From: Planctomycetota bacterium
Lineage (GTDB): Bacteria > Planctomycetota > GCA-002687715 > DRQF01
Direction of reading: 5' to 3'
Assembly: GCA_020639295.1 (NCBI GenBank)
Contig: JACKGY010000009.1
Location: 165,148-229,147, forward strand
Length of the DNA: 64,000 nucleotides
Below the pieces are notes generated by a model that made no database searches, was not told the DNA's origin, and saw nothing but the letters and a program-made list of their open reading frames with translations. The position numbers and the translations under genes were made by a program. Below are positions 18,281 through 28,528 of the stretch, piece by piece. Numbering within the stretch: position 1 is the stretch's first letter; every line of letters begins with the position of its first letter.

Positions 18281-18616
18281 ATGACGCCCATTCTCCTCTT
18301 CCTCAGCCTGGGAACCGGCGAGATGCTGGTGATCCTGGTGGTGGGTCTCCTGCTCTTCGGGCGGCGCCTGCCCGAGGTCGGACGCTCGCTCGGCAAGACC
18401 TTCGTCGAGTTCAAGTCGGGTCTCCAGGACATGCAGGCCGAGCTGCGTGAGGTCGATCGGATCGCGGAGGACCGGGCACGGCGCAAGCCGGAACCGCGAC
18501 CGGTCGATGCGATCGCGCGCGGCGAGGCTCTCGATGCCGAGGCACCGAGCACGTCCGGGGATGCGGAGGCCGGGGCGACCGAGAAGGTGGACGGGGAACC
18601 CGAGCCCCGGACCTGA
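18281..18616 (+). CDS. tatA: Twin-arginine translocase TatA/TatE family protein
   Basis: GEMLVILVVGLLLFGRRLPEVGRSLGKTFVEFKSG is the canonical TatA TM helix plus amphipathic helix. Confidence 0.88.
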   Translation: MTPILLFLSLGTGEMLVILVVGLLLFGRRLPEVGRSLGKTFVEFKSGLQDMQAELREVDRIAEDRARRKPEPRPVDAIARGEALDAEAPSTSGDAEAGATEKVDGEPEPRT

Positions 18617-18622
18617 GTTCGT

Positions 18623-20170
18623 TCAGCGCGTCAGGCTCTCCCGGGCACCGCGAACGACCACGCGATTGCGACCGGTCTTCTTGGCCTGGTAGAGGCACTC
18701 GTCGGCGAGCTTGAGCAGCGCCGGTCCCTCGTCGGCATGGTCGACGTTGATCACCGAAGCGCCCCCGATGCTGGCGGTGACCCTCAGCTCCTGACCCTCG
18801 TAGTTCACCACCATGCTCTCGACGGCGGTCCGGATGCGTTCGGCCGTGTCCGCGAGGCGACGGTCGTCGGTCTCGTGCAGGATCACGACGAATTCCTCGC
18901 CACCATAGCGAGCGGCGCAATCGACCTGGCGTACCGAGGATTCCAGCGCGGCGGCGACCGCCTTGAGGACCGTGTCTCCGGCGAGGTGGCCATGGGTGTC
19001 GTTGAAGCGCTTGAAGTGGTCGACGTCGAGCACGAGGAGACCGAGCGCGTCGGAACGCTCCCCGGCCATGCGCTGGCGCACGGTCTGCTTGAGCAGGTCG
19101 TCGAAGTGCGCTCGGTTCCGGATGCCGGTCAGCTTGTCGGTACTGGCGCGAAGCGTCAGCTCCTGCTTCTCCCGCTCCAGCTCGGCGGCCCGATGGGCGG
19201 TCTGCTGGAGATCGGCCGCGGTGCCGAGGCTGATGTTGACCATCTGCATCCGGGCCAGTTCGATGATGCGTTCGTGGCTCTCCTTCTCACCCAGGTCGAC
19301 GTTGAGAAGCTGGGCGGTCTCGGAGATGCCGTTCTGCAGCCCGATCAGGAAGGAGTCGATCTCGGCGTCGGAGATCTGGTAACGGGCCGCCGCGAGTTCG
19401 TGCAGGGCATGCAGGGCCGGGCCCTTGCGGCTGTCGCAGATCACCGTGGTGGCGTAGGCGGCGAGGTGTAGCACCCAGGCGAGATCCTCGACCGTGGGGT
19501 CGGCATCGGCCGGGAGCTGGGCCGGGTCGGCGGCGTGCAGGATGCTACGCCAGATCTGGGCCGGCATCTCCCACCTCTCCAGCAGGGCGGCGCCGACGGT
19601 GACGTGATCGTAGCCGAGGAAGCGACGCTCGATGTCCGCGGTCGGCTGGCTGCCGGCGCAGAACTCGACGACTTCGCCGTAGGAGTCCGGCGTGCACTCG
19701 GCCATGGTCAGCTGACCGATGCGGGCGAGGAGGCCGCACATGAAGGCCTCGTCGTAGTTCCGGCTGCGCACGAGCTGCGCCAGCGAACGGCCGGCGACGG
19801 CCATGGTCAGGCTCTGCATCCAGTAGGCCTGGTAGTTGAAACAATTGCCGTTGGTCGCGTCGCGGGGCAAGGTCCCCGCGAGCGAGAAGCTCAGGGCCAT
19901 GAGCTTCACCGTCTTCAGGCCGAGCACCATGGTCGCCCGGTCGAGCGTCAGCACCTCCGCGCCCCGGCGGAAGAGCGAGGAATTCGACAGCTTGAGGAGC
20001 TTGGCGGAGAGGGCAGGGTCCCGCGAGATGACCGCGGCGAGATCATCGATCCCGACCCCGTCGTCACCGGTGAGGCGCAGGACCTCCATGGCGACCGAAG
20101 GTGGACTGGGCAGATTCTCCGCCTTCAGAATGGCTTCCGGGAGTTCGGCAAGCGTGCTGACCTGGCTCAT
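18623..20170 (-). CDS. HDOD domain - coiled coil - GGDEF diguanylate cyclase
   Basis: N-terminal HDOD (LPSPPSVAMEVLRL...). C-terminal GGDEF domain with active site RYGGEEF and an I-site RQVD five residues upstream. Confidence 0.88.
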   Translation of the reverse strand: MSQVSTLAELPEAILKAENLPSPPSVAMEVLRLTGDDGVGIDDLAAVISRDPALSAKLLKLSNSSLFRRGAEVLTLDRATMVLGLKTVKLMALSFSLAGTLPRDATNGNCFNYQAYWMQSLTMAVAGRSLAQLVRSRNYDEAFMCGLLARIGQLTMAECTPDSYGEVVEFCAGSQPTADIERRFLGYDHVTVGAALLERWEMPAQIWRSILHAADPAQLPADADPTVEDLAWVLHLAAYATTVICDSRKGPALHALHELAAARYQISDAEIDSFLIGLQNGISETAQLLNVDLGEKESHERIIELARMQMVNISLGTAADLQQTAHRAAELEREKQELTLRASTDKLTGIRNRAHFDDLLKQTVRQRMAGERSDALGLLVLDVDHFKRFNDTHGHLAGDTVLKAVAAALESSVRQVDCAARYGGEEFVVILHETDDRRLADTAERIRTAVESMVVNYEGQELRVTASIGGASVINVDHADEGPALLKLADECLYQAKKTGRNRVVVRGARESLTR

Positions 20171-20508
20171 GATTTCTCTTCAGATCGTCCGACCGCTGAG
20201 CTGGACCGCCGGCTGGATGCGCCGTCGTCCCCTGGCGAAAGCAATGCGAGTCGCTCGATCGCGAGCCACGGTCACACCCATCCGCCACCAGAAGAATCGT
20301 CCAGGTGGCCGGGAGACTTGAGTAGTTACGTGTATTGAAGGGGCGTCCCCGACACGCTCCCGGGTGCCATCCATAAAGACTTGGTGAACCGCGACTTCGA
20401 GCACGCGTTCAGAGGGTCGGCGAGGCAGGTATCAGCCTCCCTGCTCCACCGGGGGCGCTCAGGGGGCCTAGGGGCATCGCTTAGGTGTTCGCCCCAGCAA
20501 GTGCTGGC

Positions 20509-22959
<2,451 letters not shown>

Positions 22960-23277
22960 CTACCAGGCACCGAGCCGGAACTTGATCTCGTCGAGGGGCG
23001 GATCTCCGCCCAGCTCCGCGCGCAGGCTCGACAGGAGCTCACGCCGACGGAATTGCGCCAGCTCGGCGCAGAGAGGTGGCGATCGGACCTCGATCACCAC
23101 CGCCTTGGCGGCATAGGCACTGACCCGCGTGCCCTCCAAGCGGCCACGGGTCTGCAGGCGGGCCCAGGCGGCCTGGAGGCGCTGCATGGGCCGGACGGAT
23201 TCGCGCTCCTTGGCACCGAGGATCCGGGCGAGGACCTCGCCGATCGGCACCGCGCTTTCCCGCCGTTCCTCGTTCAT
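22960..23277 (-). CDS. dciA: DUF721 (DciA family) protein
   Basis: About 105 aa, between dnaN and gyrB. The pattern ..LQAAWARL....GTRVSAYAAKAVVIEVRSPPLCAELAQFRRRELLSSLRAELG..LDEIKFRLG fits DUF721. Start is ATG 23277 or TTG 23289. Confidence 0.65.
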   Translation of the reverse strand: MNEERRESAVPIGEVLARILGAKERESVRPMQRLQAAWARLQTRGRLEGTRVSAYAAKAVVIEVRSPPLCAELAQFRRRELLSSLRAELGGDPPLDEIKFRLGAW

Positions 23278-23285
23278 CTGCGCCT

Positions 23286-24395
23286 TCAACCGTTGCGCAT
23301 CGTGACCGGCATCACGACGTAGACGAAGCTGCCATCGCCCGTGATCTTCGCCGGCATGTTGCTGCGGGAAAGTCCGATCTGGACGCGCTCGCCGGCGACG
23401 ACCTTCAGACCCTCGACGATGAAGTCGGGATTGAAGGCGATGACGAATTCCTCGCCCTGGTGGTCGGGTGCATCGAGGTCGATCCGGGCCTCGCCGGCGT
23501 CGAGGGCCTGGGCCGAAAGCGTCGCCCTGCCGTCGACCAGCTTCATCCGCACCGAGCGAGTCTCCTGATTGGTCAGCAGGGCCGCCTGGCGGAAGGCGCG
23601 GATGAGTTCCTCGCGATCGAAGCCGACCGTGAAGGCGCAGGTCTCCGGGATCACGGCCTTGTAGTTGGGGAAGCTGCCGTCGACCAGGCGCGAGGAGATC
23701 TCGGCGCGGGTGGTCTTGAGCATGATCTCCTTGTCGTCGAGGGCGATGCGAACGAGGTCGTCTTCCTCGCCGAGCACCTTCTCGAAGACCTGCAGCGCCC
23801 GGGCCGGCACGATGTGGCCGGCCTCGACCCCGTCACTGTTGTCGATCTCCTCCACCATCATCGCGAGACGCTTGCCGTCGGTCGCGATCATGCGGGCCTC
23901 GTTGCCCTCGATGTGCAGCTTGGCCCCGTTGAAGGCGAAGCGCGATTTCTCCTTGGCGACCGCGAAGCTGGTCTTCCGGATCAGGCTGACCAGCTTGTCC
24001 CGGTTGAGCCCGAAGGCCGCGGCGTCGGGGAACTCGGGAATGCGCGGGAATTCCTCGGGGTGCTCCGAAAGGAGCTGGAAGGAACTCGATCCCGACACGA
24101 GGTGGATCTTGCCGCCACTGTCCGAATCCAGCTCGACCTCGTCACTCGAACACTCGCGGAGGATGGCGGTGAGGCGCGCGGCCGGCACGACGGCCTCGCC
24201 GGGTTCGACCACGGCAAGCACCGGGAGCCGGTAGCGGATGGCGATCTCGAGATCGGTCGCCGAGGCCTCGGCCCGGTCCTGATGGACGACCAGGTGGACG
24301 CAGCCGAGAATCGGTCGGATCGCGCGGCTGGAGACGACGGAGCCGGCCACCTGGAAGGCTTCCAGCAGGGCTTGGCGAGAGGCTCGGAACTTCAT
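23286..24395 (-). CDS. dnaN: DNA polymerase III beta sliding clamp
   Basis: MKFRASRQALLEAFQVAGSVVSSRAIRPILGCVHL and three-domain clamp length (369 aa). It lies downstream of dnaA. Confidence 0.95.
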   Translation of the reverse strand: MKFRASRQALLEAFQVAGSVVSSRAIRPILGCVHLVVHQDRAEASATDLEIAIRYRLPVLAVVEPGEAVVPAARLTAILRECSSDEVELDSDSGGKIHLVSGSSSFQLLSEHPEEFPRIPEFPDAAAFGLNRDKLVSLIRKTSFAVAKEKSRFAFNGAKLHIEGNEARMIATDGKRLAMMVEEIDNSDGVEAGHIVPARALQVFEKVLGEEDDLVRIALDDKEIMLKTTRAEISSRLVDGSFPNYKAVIPETCAFTVGFDREELIRAFRQAALLTNQETRSVRMKLVDGRATLSAQALDAGEARIDLDAPDHQGEEFVIAFNPDFIVEGLKVVAGERVQIGLSRSNMPAKITGDGSFVYVVMPVTMRNG

Positions 24396-24697
24396 GCTCT
24401 TGGTCCTTCCGTGGGCTGTCGGAGACGGGCTTCGACGGGCTCCGGAGTCCGCCGATCCGACATCCTGGGAACCGGGGGGTTCCGGGCCGATTCGGACTCT
24501 GGAAATGCTGCGGCGATTATACGCATGCGGGGGCCCGATCAGAAGGGGCGGAAGCCCTCTTTGAGTCTCGCTAAGCCAAAAGGAGGACGCTGCTTAGGCT
24601 CCATGCCCGAGGCTGGGTGTCGACCGCGACGCGTGGTCGCGGCGAAGCCCCGTCGAAGGCCCGGCGCGGCCGATCCGCTCGCGTCTCCCCGGGGGAC

Positions 24698-24706
24698 TTG
24701 TCCACC
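24698..24706 (+). promoter_or_regulatory. DnaA-box-like 9-mer TTGTCCACC in the dnaA-dnaN spacer
   Basis: One mismatch to the high-GC DnaA box TTGTCCACA. A weaker copy, TTGTCCCGC, follows at 24709-24717 in the same orientation. Confidence 0.3.
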
Positions 24707-24894
24707 ACTTGTCCCGCCTCCCGCGTCGGTCGGCCGCCGGGGTCGGACGCGCCCTGGTCGGGCCGTCGGATCGAGACCGCAAGGCGACACGGGAGAAGGC
24801 TTTCGGAGCGTGTTCGGGGCCGGCACGAAGGCTCGGGCCGGGTCGCGCCGGCAAGGCCGCGGCCGCGATTTCCCGGCCTTTCCCACCGTCGCGT

Positions 24895-26295
24895 TCAGGC
24901 CTGGGCGTCGAGGTGCCGGCAGAACTCGGCGACGGCGTCGCGCACCTCGGGGTCGTTCTTCAGCGACTTGCCGATCTTGTCGGTGGCGTGGAGAACGGTC
25001 GAGTGATCGCGCCCACCGAAGTAGCCGCCGATCTCCGCCAGGGAATGGCTGGTGTACTTGCGGGCCAGATACATGCAGATCTGGCGCGGCAGGGTGATGG
25101 ACTGGAAGCGTTTCTTCGACTGCAGATCGGAAAGGCGCACGCCGTAGTGGTCGGTCACCTGACTGACGATCTCGTCGATCGTCACCCGGCGCCGACTCGA
25201 TCCGAGCAGGTCGCCGAGGGCCTCGTTCGCGGTCGCGACGTCGAGAGGGCGCTGCATCAGCCGCGCGAAGCCGATGAACCGGGTCACCGCGCCCTCGAGT
25301 TCACGGATGCTCCCCTTCAAGGAGCTGGCCAGGAACTCGCCGACCTCGTCATCGAGCTCGGTCTTCATGCGCCGGCACTTCTTGCGGATGATCGCCAGGC
25401 GGGTCTCGAAGGTCGGCGGTTCGATCGCGCAGACCATGCCCCAGCGGAATCGGGAGACCAGGCGATCCTCGAGGGTCGGAATGTCGCGCGGCGGACTGTC
25501 CGAACTCAGGATGATCTGCTTGTGGTCGTTGTAGAGCCGGTTGAAGGTGTGGAAGAACTCCTCCTGGGTGTGATCCTTGTTGGCCAGGAAGTGGATGTCG
25601 TCGATGACCAGGACGTCGAGCTCGCGGTAGCGCTCGCGGAAGTCCTCGATGCGGTTCTTCTCCAGGGCGGCGATGAACTCGTTGACGAACTGCTCGCAGG
25701 GCACGTACTCCATGCGGAGATCCGGGTCCCGCGCCAGCAGCTCGTGGCAGACGCCCTGAAGGAGGTGGGTCTTGCCCAGCCCGAGCCCACCGTGGATGAA
25801 GAGCGGATTGTAGACCCGGCCCGGATCCTCGATCACCGCCAGGGCCGCGGCATGGCTCATCCGGTTGCTGGGCCCGACCACGAAGTTGTCGAAGGTGTAG
25901 TCCTGGTTGAGCTGCGTGTTGATGTCCCGGGGCGAGTTCTTGCTCTTCCGGCGAGGCACGATCTCGCGGATGACCTCCTGCTGACCACCCTCGTCGGCCC
26001 GGCCGAGGAGCTCGAGACTCTCGTCGACCTTGAGGCTCTCGTCGATGTGGAACTCGAGCGCCGGGCAGGCGGAACCGATGGCCTCCTCGACCGCCTCGCG
26101 GATGATCTCGCCATACTGCTTCTTCAGCCAGGCGGAGTAGAAGCTGTTCGGCACGTCGATGACGAGGCGCTCGGGGTCGAACTCCGAGCAGTTCGTGTGC
26201 GAGAACCAGGTCTCGAATTGCTTCTCGCTGATGCGCGAGCGGATCGCGTCCAGGACCTTCTTCCAGCCGATGCTCAGCTCACGCGACGTTTCCAT
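24895..26295 (-). CDS. dnaA: Chromosomal replication initiator DnaA
   Basis: I chose ATG 26295 (METSRELSIGWKKVLDAIRSRISEKQFETWF) over the TTG at 26433. AAA+ motifs NPLFIHGGLGLGKTHLL and LVIDDIHFL are present, as is the C-terminal DNA-binding signature HSTVLHA. Confidence 0.95.
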   Translation of the reverse strand: METSRELSIGWKKVLDAIRSRISEKQFETWFSHTNCSEFDPERLVIDVPNSFYSAWLKKQYGEIIREAVEEAIGSACPALEFHIDESLKVDESLELLGRADEGGQQEVIREIVPRRKSKNSPRDINTQLNQDYTFDNFVVGPSNRMSHAAALAVIEDPGRVYNPLFIHGGLGLGKTHLLQGVCHELLARDPDLRMEYVPCEQFVNEFIAALEKNRIEDFRERYRELDVLVIDDIHFLANKDHTQEEFFHTFNRLYNDHKQIILSSDSPPRDIPTLEDRLVSRFRWGMVCAIEPPTFETRLAIIRKKCRRMKTELDDEVGEFLASSLKGSIRELEGAVTRFIGFARLMQRPLDVATANEALGDLLGSSRRRVTIDEIVSQVTDHYGVRLSDLQSKKRFQSITLPRQICMYLARKYTSHSLAEIGGYFGGRDHSTVLHATDKIGKSLKNDPEVRDAVAEFCRHLDAQA

Positions 26296-26483
26296 GGAGC
26301 CCCCCGAGGCCGGGGCGGACGATCCCGCCAGGCCTGGTCTCGATGCTTCAGATGCCGATAAGAGCGATCCCTTTGCGGTGACGATGCGGAGTTGGGCGAG
26401 GTCCCTCTTCTTCAGCTTCCTCGCGCCCTGCAAGTCTCCCGTCGTCGTCGTCGCATGGCCTCACCCGCGAGTGGTGAGGTCGG

Positions 26484-26512
26484 AATATAGGGCTGCCGGA
26501 TGGGAGCGTCAA
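26484..26512 (-). promoter_or_regulatory. Sigma-70-like promoter upstream of dnaA
   Basis: The minus strand reads TTGACG (26512-26507), 17-nt spacer, TATATT (26489-26484). This is about 190 nt upstream of the dnaA ATG. Confidence 0.5.
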
Positions 26513-26638
26513 TCCGTTTTTGTCCCCCCCTTCGCGGGGGTTGGAACGGTCGTTTTTTTTCGGTCTGGATCCGCCAGCAAGACAGGCTCTTGCGAGGCTT
26601 TCAGGAGGCCCGAAAAAAGTATGGCACGGCGATTGAGA

Positions 26639-27775
26639 TCAGCGGCCTTCGGCCACGATGCGGGACAGACTGGCGACGAAGGCATCGATCTCGGCGGCAT
26701 CGTTGGCGGCCGACAACGAGACGCGCAGGCTCGACAGGTTGTCGAGCGGGTCGAGACCCATCGCGGCGAGCACGTGCGAGGGTTGCAGCGAACCCGATGA
26801 ACAGGCGGCGCCGAGGCTCGTGGCGAAGCCCTCCAGGTCGAGCTTCATCATCAGGGTCTCGCCGCGCTGTTTCGGAAGTCGCAGATTGAGGATCCCGGGC
26901 CAGCGCTTCGTTCCGGCCGCGTTGAGGATGACCGTCGGCAACTGCTGGGCGAGAGCCATCTCGAGACGATCGGCCAGTCGCCGGATGTGCTCCTGTCGTT
27001 CGTCCAGTTCGTCGAGCGCCAGGGTCAGCGCCAGGGCCATGCCCGAAGCGGCGGTGACGTTCTCGGTTCCGGCTCGGAGACCGCGCTCCTGCCCACCGCC
27101 CACCAGCAGGGCCTCGACGCCCAGATCCGGTCGCAGGACCAGGGCGCCGATGCCGGCGGGTCCATGGAACTTGTGCGCCGAGAAGACCAGGGCATCGACG
27201 GCCAGCGTGGCGACGTCCACCGGCATCCGCCCCACCGCCTGGGCGGCATCGCAATGCAGGGGAACGTCCGCTCGCCGGCAGAGCTCGGCCCAGTCGGCCA
27301 CGGGCTGGACGACACCGGTCTCGTTGTTGACCGCCATCAGGCTGGAGAAGGCGACATCCGGCCCCAGCAGGGCGGAAGCCTCCTCCAGGAGCAGGACGCC
27401 GCATTCATCGACGGGCATGAAAACCCGCTCGAAACCCAAGCGCTCCAGCAGGGCCAGCGGCTCGAGAACCGAAGGATGTTCGACCGGCGAGACGAGGATC
27501 CGGCGACGCTCTCGAGCGGCCCTGGCGGCCAGTCCGTAGAGCGCGAGGTTGTTCGCCTCGGTCGCGCCCGAGCAGAAGCGCAAGTCCCTGGCCGCGCATC
27601 CGATCCGCGCGGCGATGCTCGAACGCGCGTCCTCGAGCCGGCGCCGCCGCGCGCGCCCGAAGGCATGGAGGCTGCTGGGGTTGCCGAACTCCCGGGCCTG
27701 CAGGTCGGCCATGTGGCGCGCGACCCGGGGATCGAGCGCCGTGGAGGCGGCGTTGTCGAGGTAGATGCGTCTCAT
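26639..27775 (-). CDS. Cysteine desulfurase (NifS/IscS class V aminotransferase family)
   Basis: I chose the internal ATG at 27775: MRRIYLDNAASTALDPRVARHMADLQAREFGNPSSLHAFG. The motif FSAHKFHGPAGIGAL carries the PLP lysine, and GAACSSG is the catalytic Cys loop. Confidence 0.88.
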   Translation of the reverse strand: MRRIYLDNAASTALDPRVARHMADLQAREFGNPSSLHAFGRARRRRLEDARSSIAARIGCAARDLRFCSGATEANNLALYGLAARAARERRRILVSPVEHPSVLEPLALLERLGFERVFMPVDECGVLLLEEASALLGPDVAFSSLMAVNNETGVVQPVADWAELCRRADVPLHCDAAQAVGRMPVDVATLAVDALVFSAHKFHGPAGIGALVLRPDLGVEALLVGGGQERGLRAGTENVTAASGMALALTLALDELDERQEHIRRLADRLEMALAQQLPTVILNAAGTKRWPGILNLRLPKQRGETLMMKLDLEGFATSLGAACSSGSLQPSHVLAAMGLDPLDNLSSLRVSLSAANDAAEIDAFVASLSRIVAEGR

Positions 27776-27865
27776 CAAGGACCAAAGACTACAGCTGTGG
27801 CGCCCGTTGGCCGAAAGAACGTAACGGTGGCGCCATTTCCGACTGGACCGTAGCTGCGAACAGCC

Positions 27866-28528
27866 ATGAGCATTGTCAACACCCGCGACAAGACGATCAA
27901 CACGAAGATCGTGTACTACGGTCCAGGTCTGGGCGGCAAGACGACCAGCCTCCAGTTCGTGCACTCCGTGCTCGACGTCGACAGGGTGACCAAGATGGTC
28001 TCCTTGAAGACCGACGAGGAGCGGACGCTCTTCTTCGACTTCCTCCCGATCGACCTCGGCATGGTGGGTGGCTACAAGGTCAAGATCCAGGGCTTCACGG
28101 TGCCCGGCCAGGTCAAGTACAACCTGACCCGGAAGTACGTCCTCATGGGCGCGGACGCGGTGGTCTTCGTCGCCGACTCGCAGAAGAAGCGGATGGCGGA
28201 GAACGTCGAGAGCCTGAAGAACCTCGGCGAGAACCTGCGCGCGAACGGGCTCGATCCCGAGCAGGTTCCGCTCGTGCTCTGCTACAACAAGCGGGATCTC
28301 GCCGACGTCAGCAGCATCGAGGATCTCGATCGGACGCTCAAGCTCCGCGGCGAGCCGTCCTTCTCCACGACCGCGGCGGATGGCGGCGGCGTCTTCGAGG
28401 CCTTCGTCGAGGCCTCGCGCAGGATGATCGAGGCGGTCGGACTGAAGTATCAGCTGACCAGCGATGGCGTGGACATCGGTCGCCAGGCCGAGGATGCGCT
28501 CATGCGCTACATGCCCGCCTCGCGCTGA
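27866..28528 (+). CDS. mglA: MglA-type Ras-like small GTPase
   Basis: Close resemblance to Myxococcus MglA: KIVYYGPGLGGKTTSLQ (P-loop), ERTLFFDFLP (intrinsic Arg), FTVPGQVKY (catalytic Gln), VVFVADSQ, YNKRDL. Confidence 0.85.
   Translation: MSIVNTRDKTINTKIVYYGPGLGGKTTSLQFVHSVLDVDRVTKMVSLKTDEERTLFFDFLPIDLGMVGGYKVKIQGFTVPGQVKYNLTRKYVLMGADAVVFVADSQKKRMAENVESLKNLGENLRANGLDPEQVPLVLCYNKRDLADVSSIEDLDRTLKLRGEPSFSTTAADGGGVFEAFVEASRRMIEAVGLKYQLTSDGVDIGRQAEDALMRYMPASR

Noticed and set aside
24571-24605. A strong AGGAGG inside a CTAAGC/GCTTAG inverted repeat, about 15 nt upstream of an ATG (24603) in the dnaA-dnaN spacer, suggesting a small plus-strand gene
   Set aside because: The downstream frame translates to PEAGCRPRRVVAAKPRRRPGAADP..., a typical non-coding high-GC translation. 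It runs antisense into dnaA, and the spacing to the ATG is long.
26296-26433. N-terminal extensions offered by the ORF track for dnaA (TTG 26433). The same applies to the cysteine desulfurase (27964), bshA (29796), bshB (30437), the sigma factor (35939), the HPr-domain gene (36377), the carbonic anhydrase (58636), ParA-upstream ORFs and others
   Set aside because: The extensions lack family-typical N-termini and overlap neighbouring genes or promoters. Internal ATG/GTG codons with GGAG-like sites reproduce the canonical N-terminal motifs of each family.
26404-26460. Short upstream ORF in the dnaA leader (minus strand ATG CGA CGA CGA CGA CGG ..., encoding MRRRRRETCRARGS)
   Set aside because: It has no ribosome-binding site. 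It is created by a (GAC)n repeat, and the sequence alone gives no way to support translation. It is mentioned only as a leader feature.
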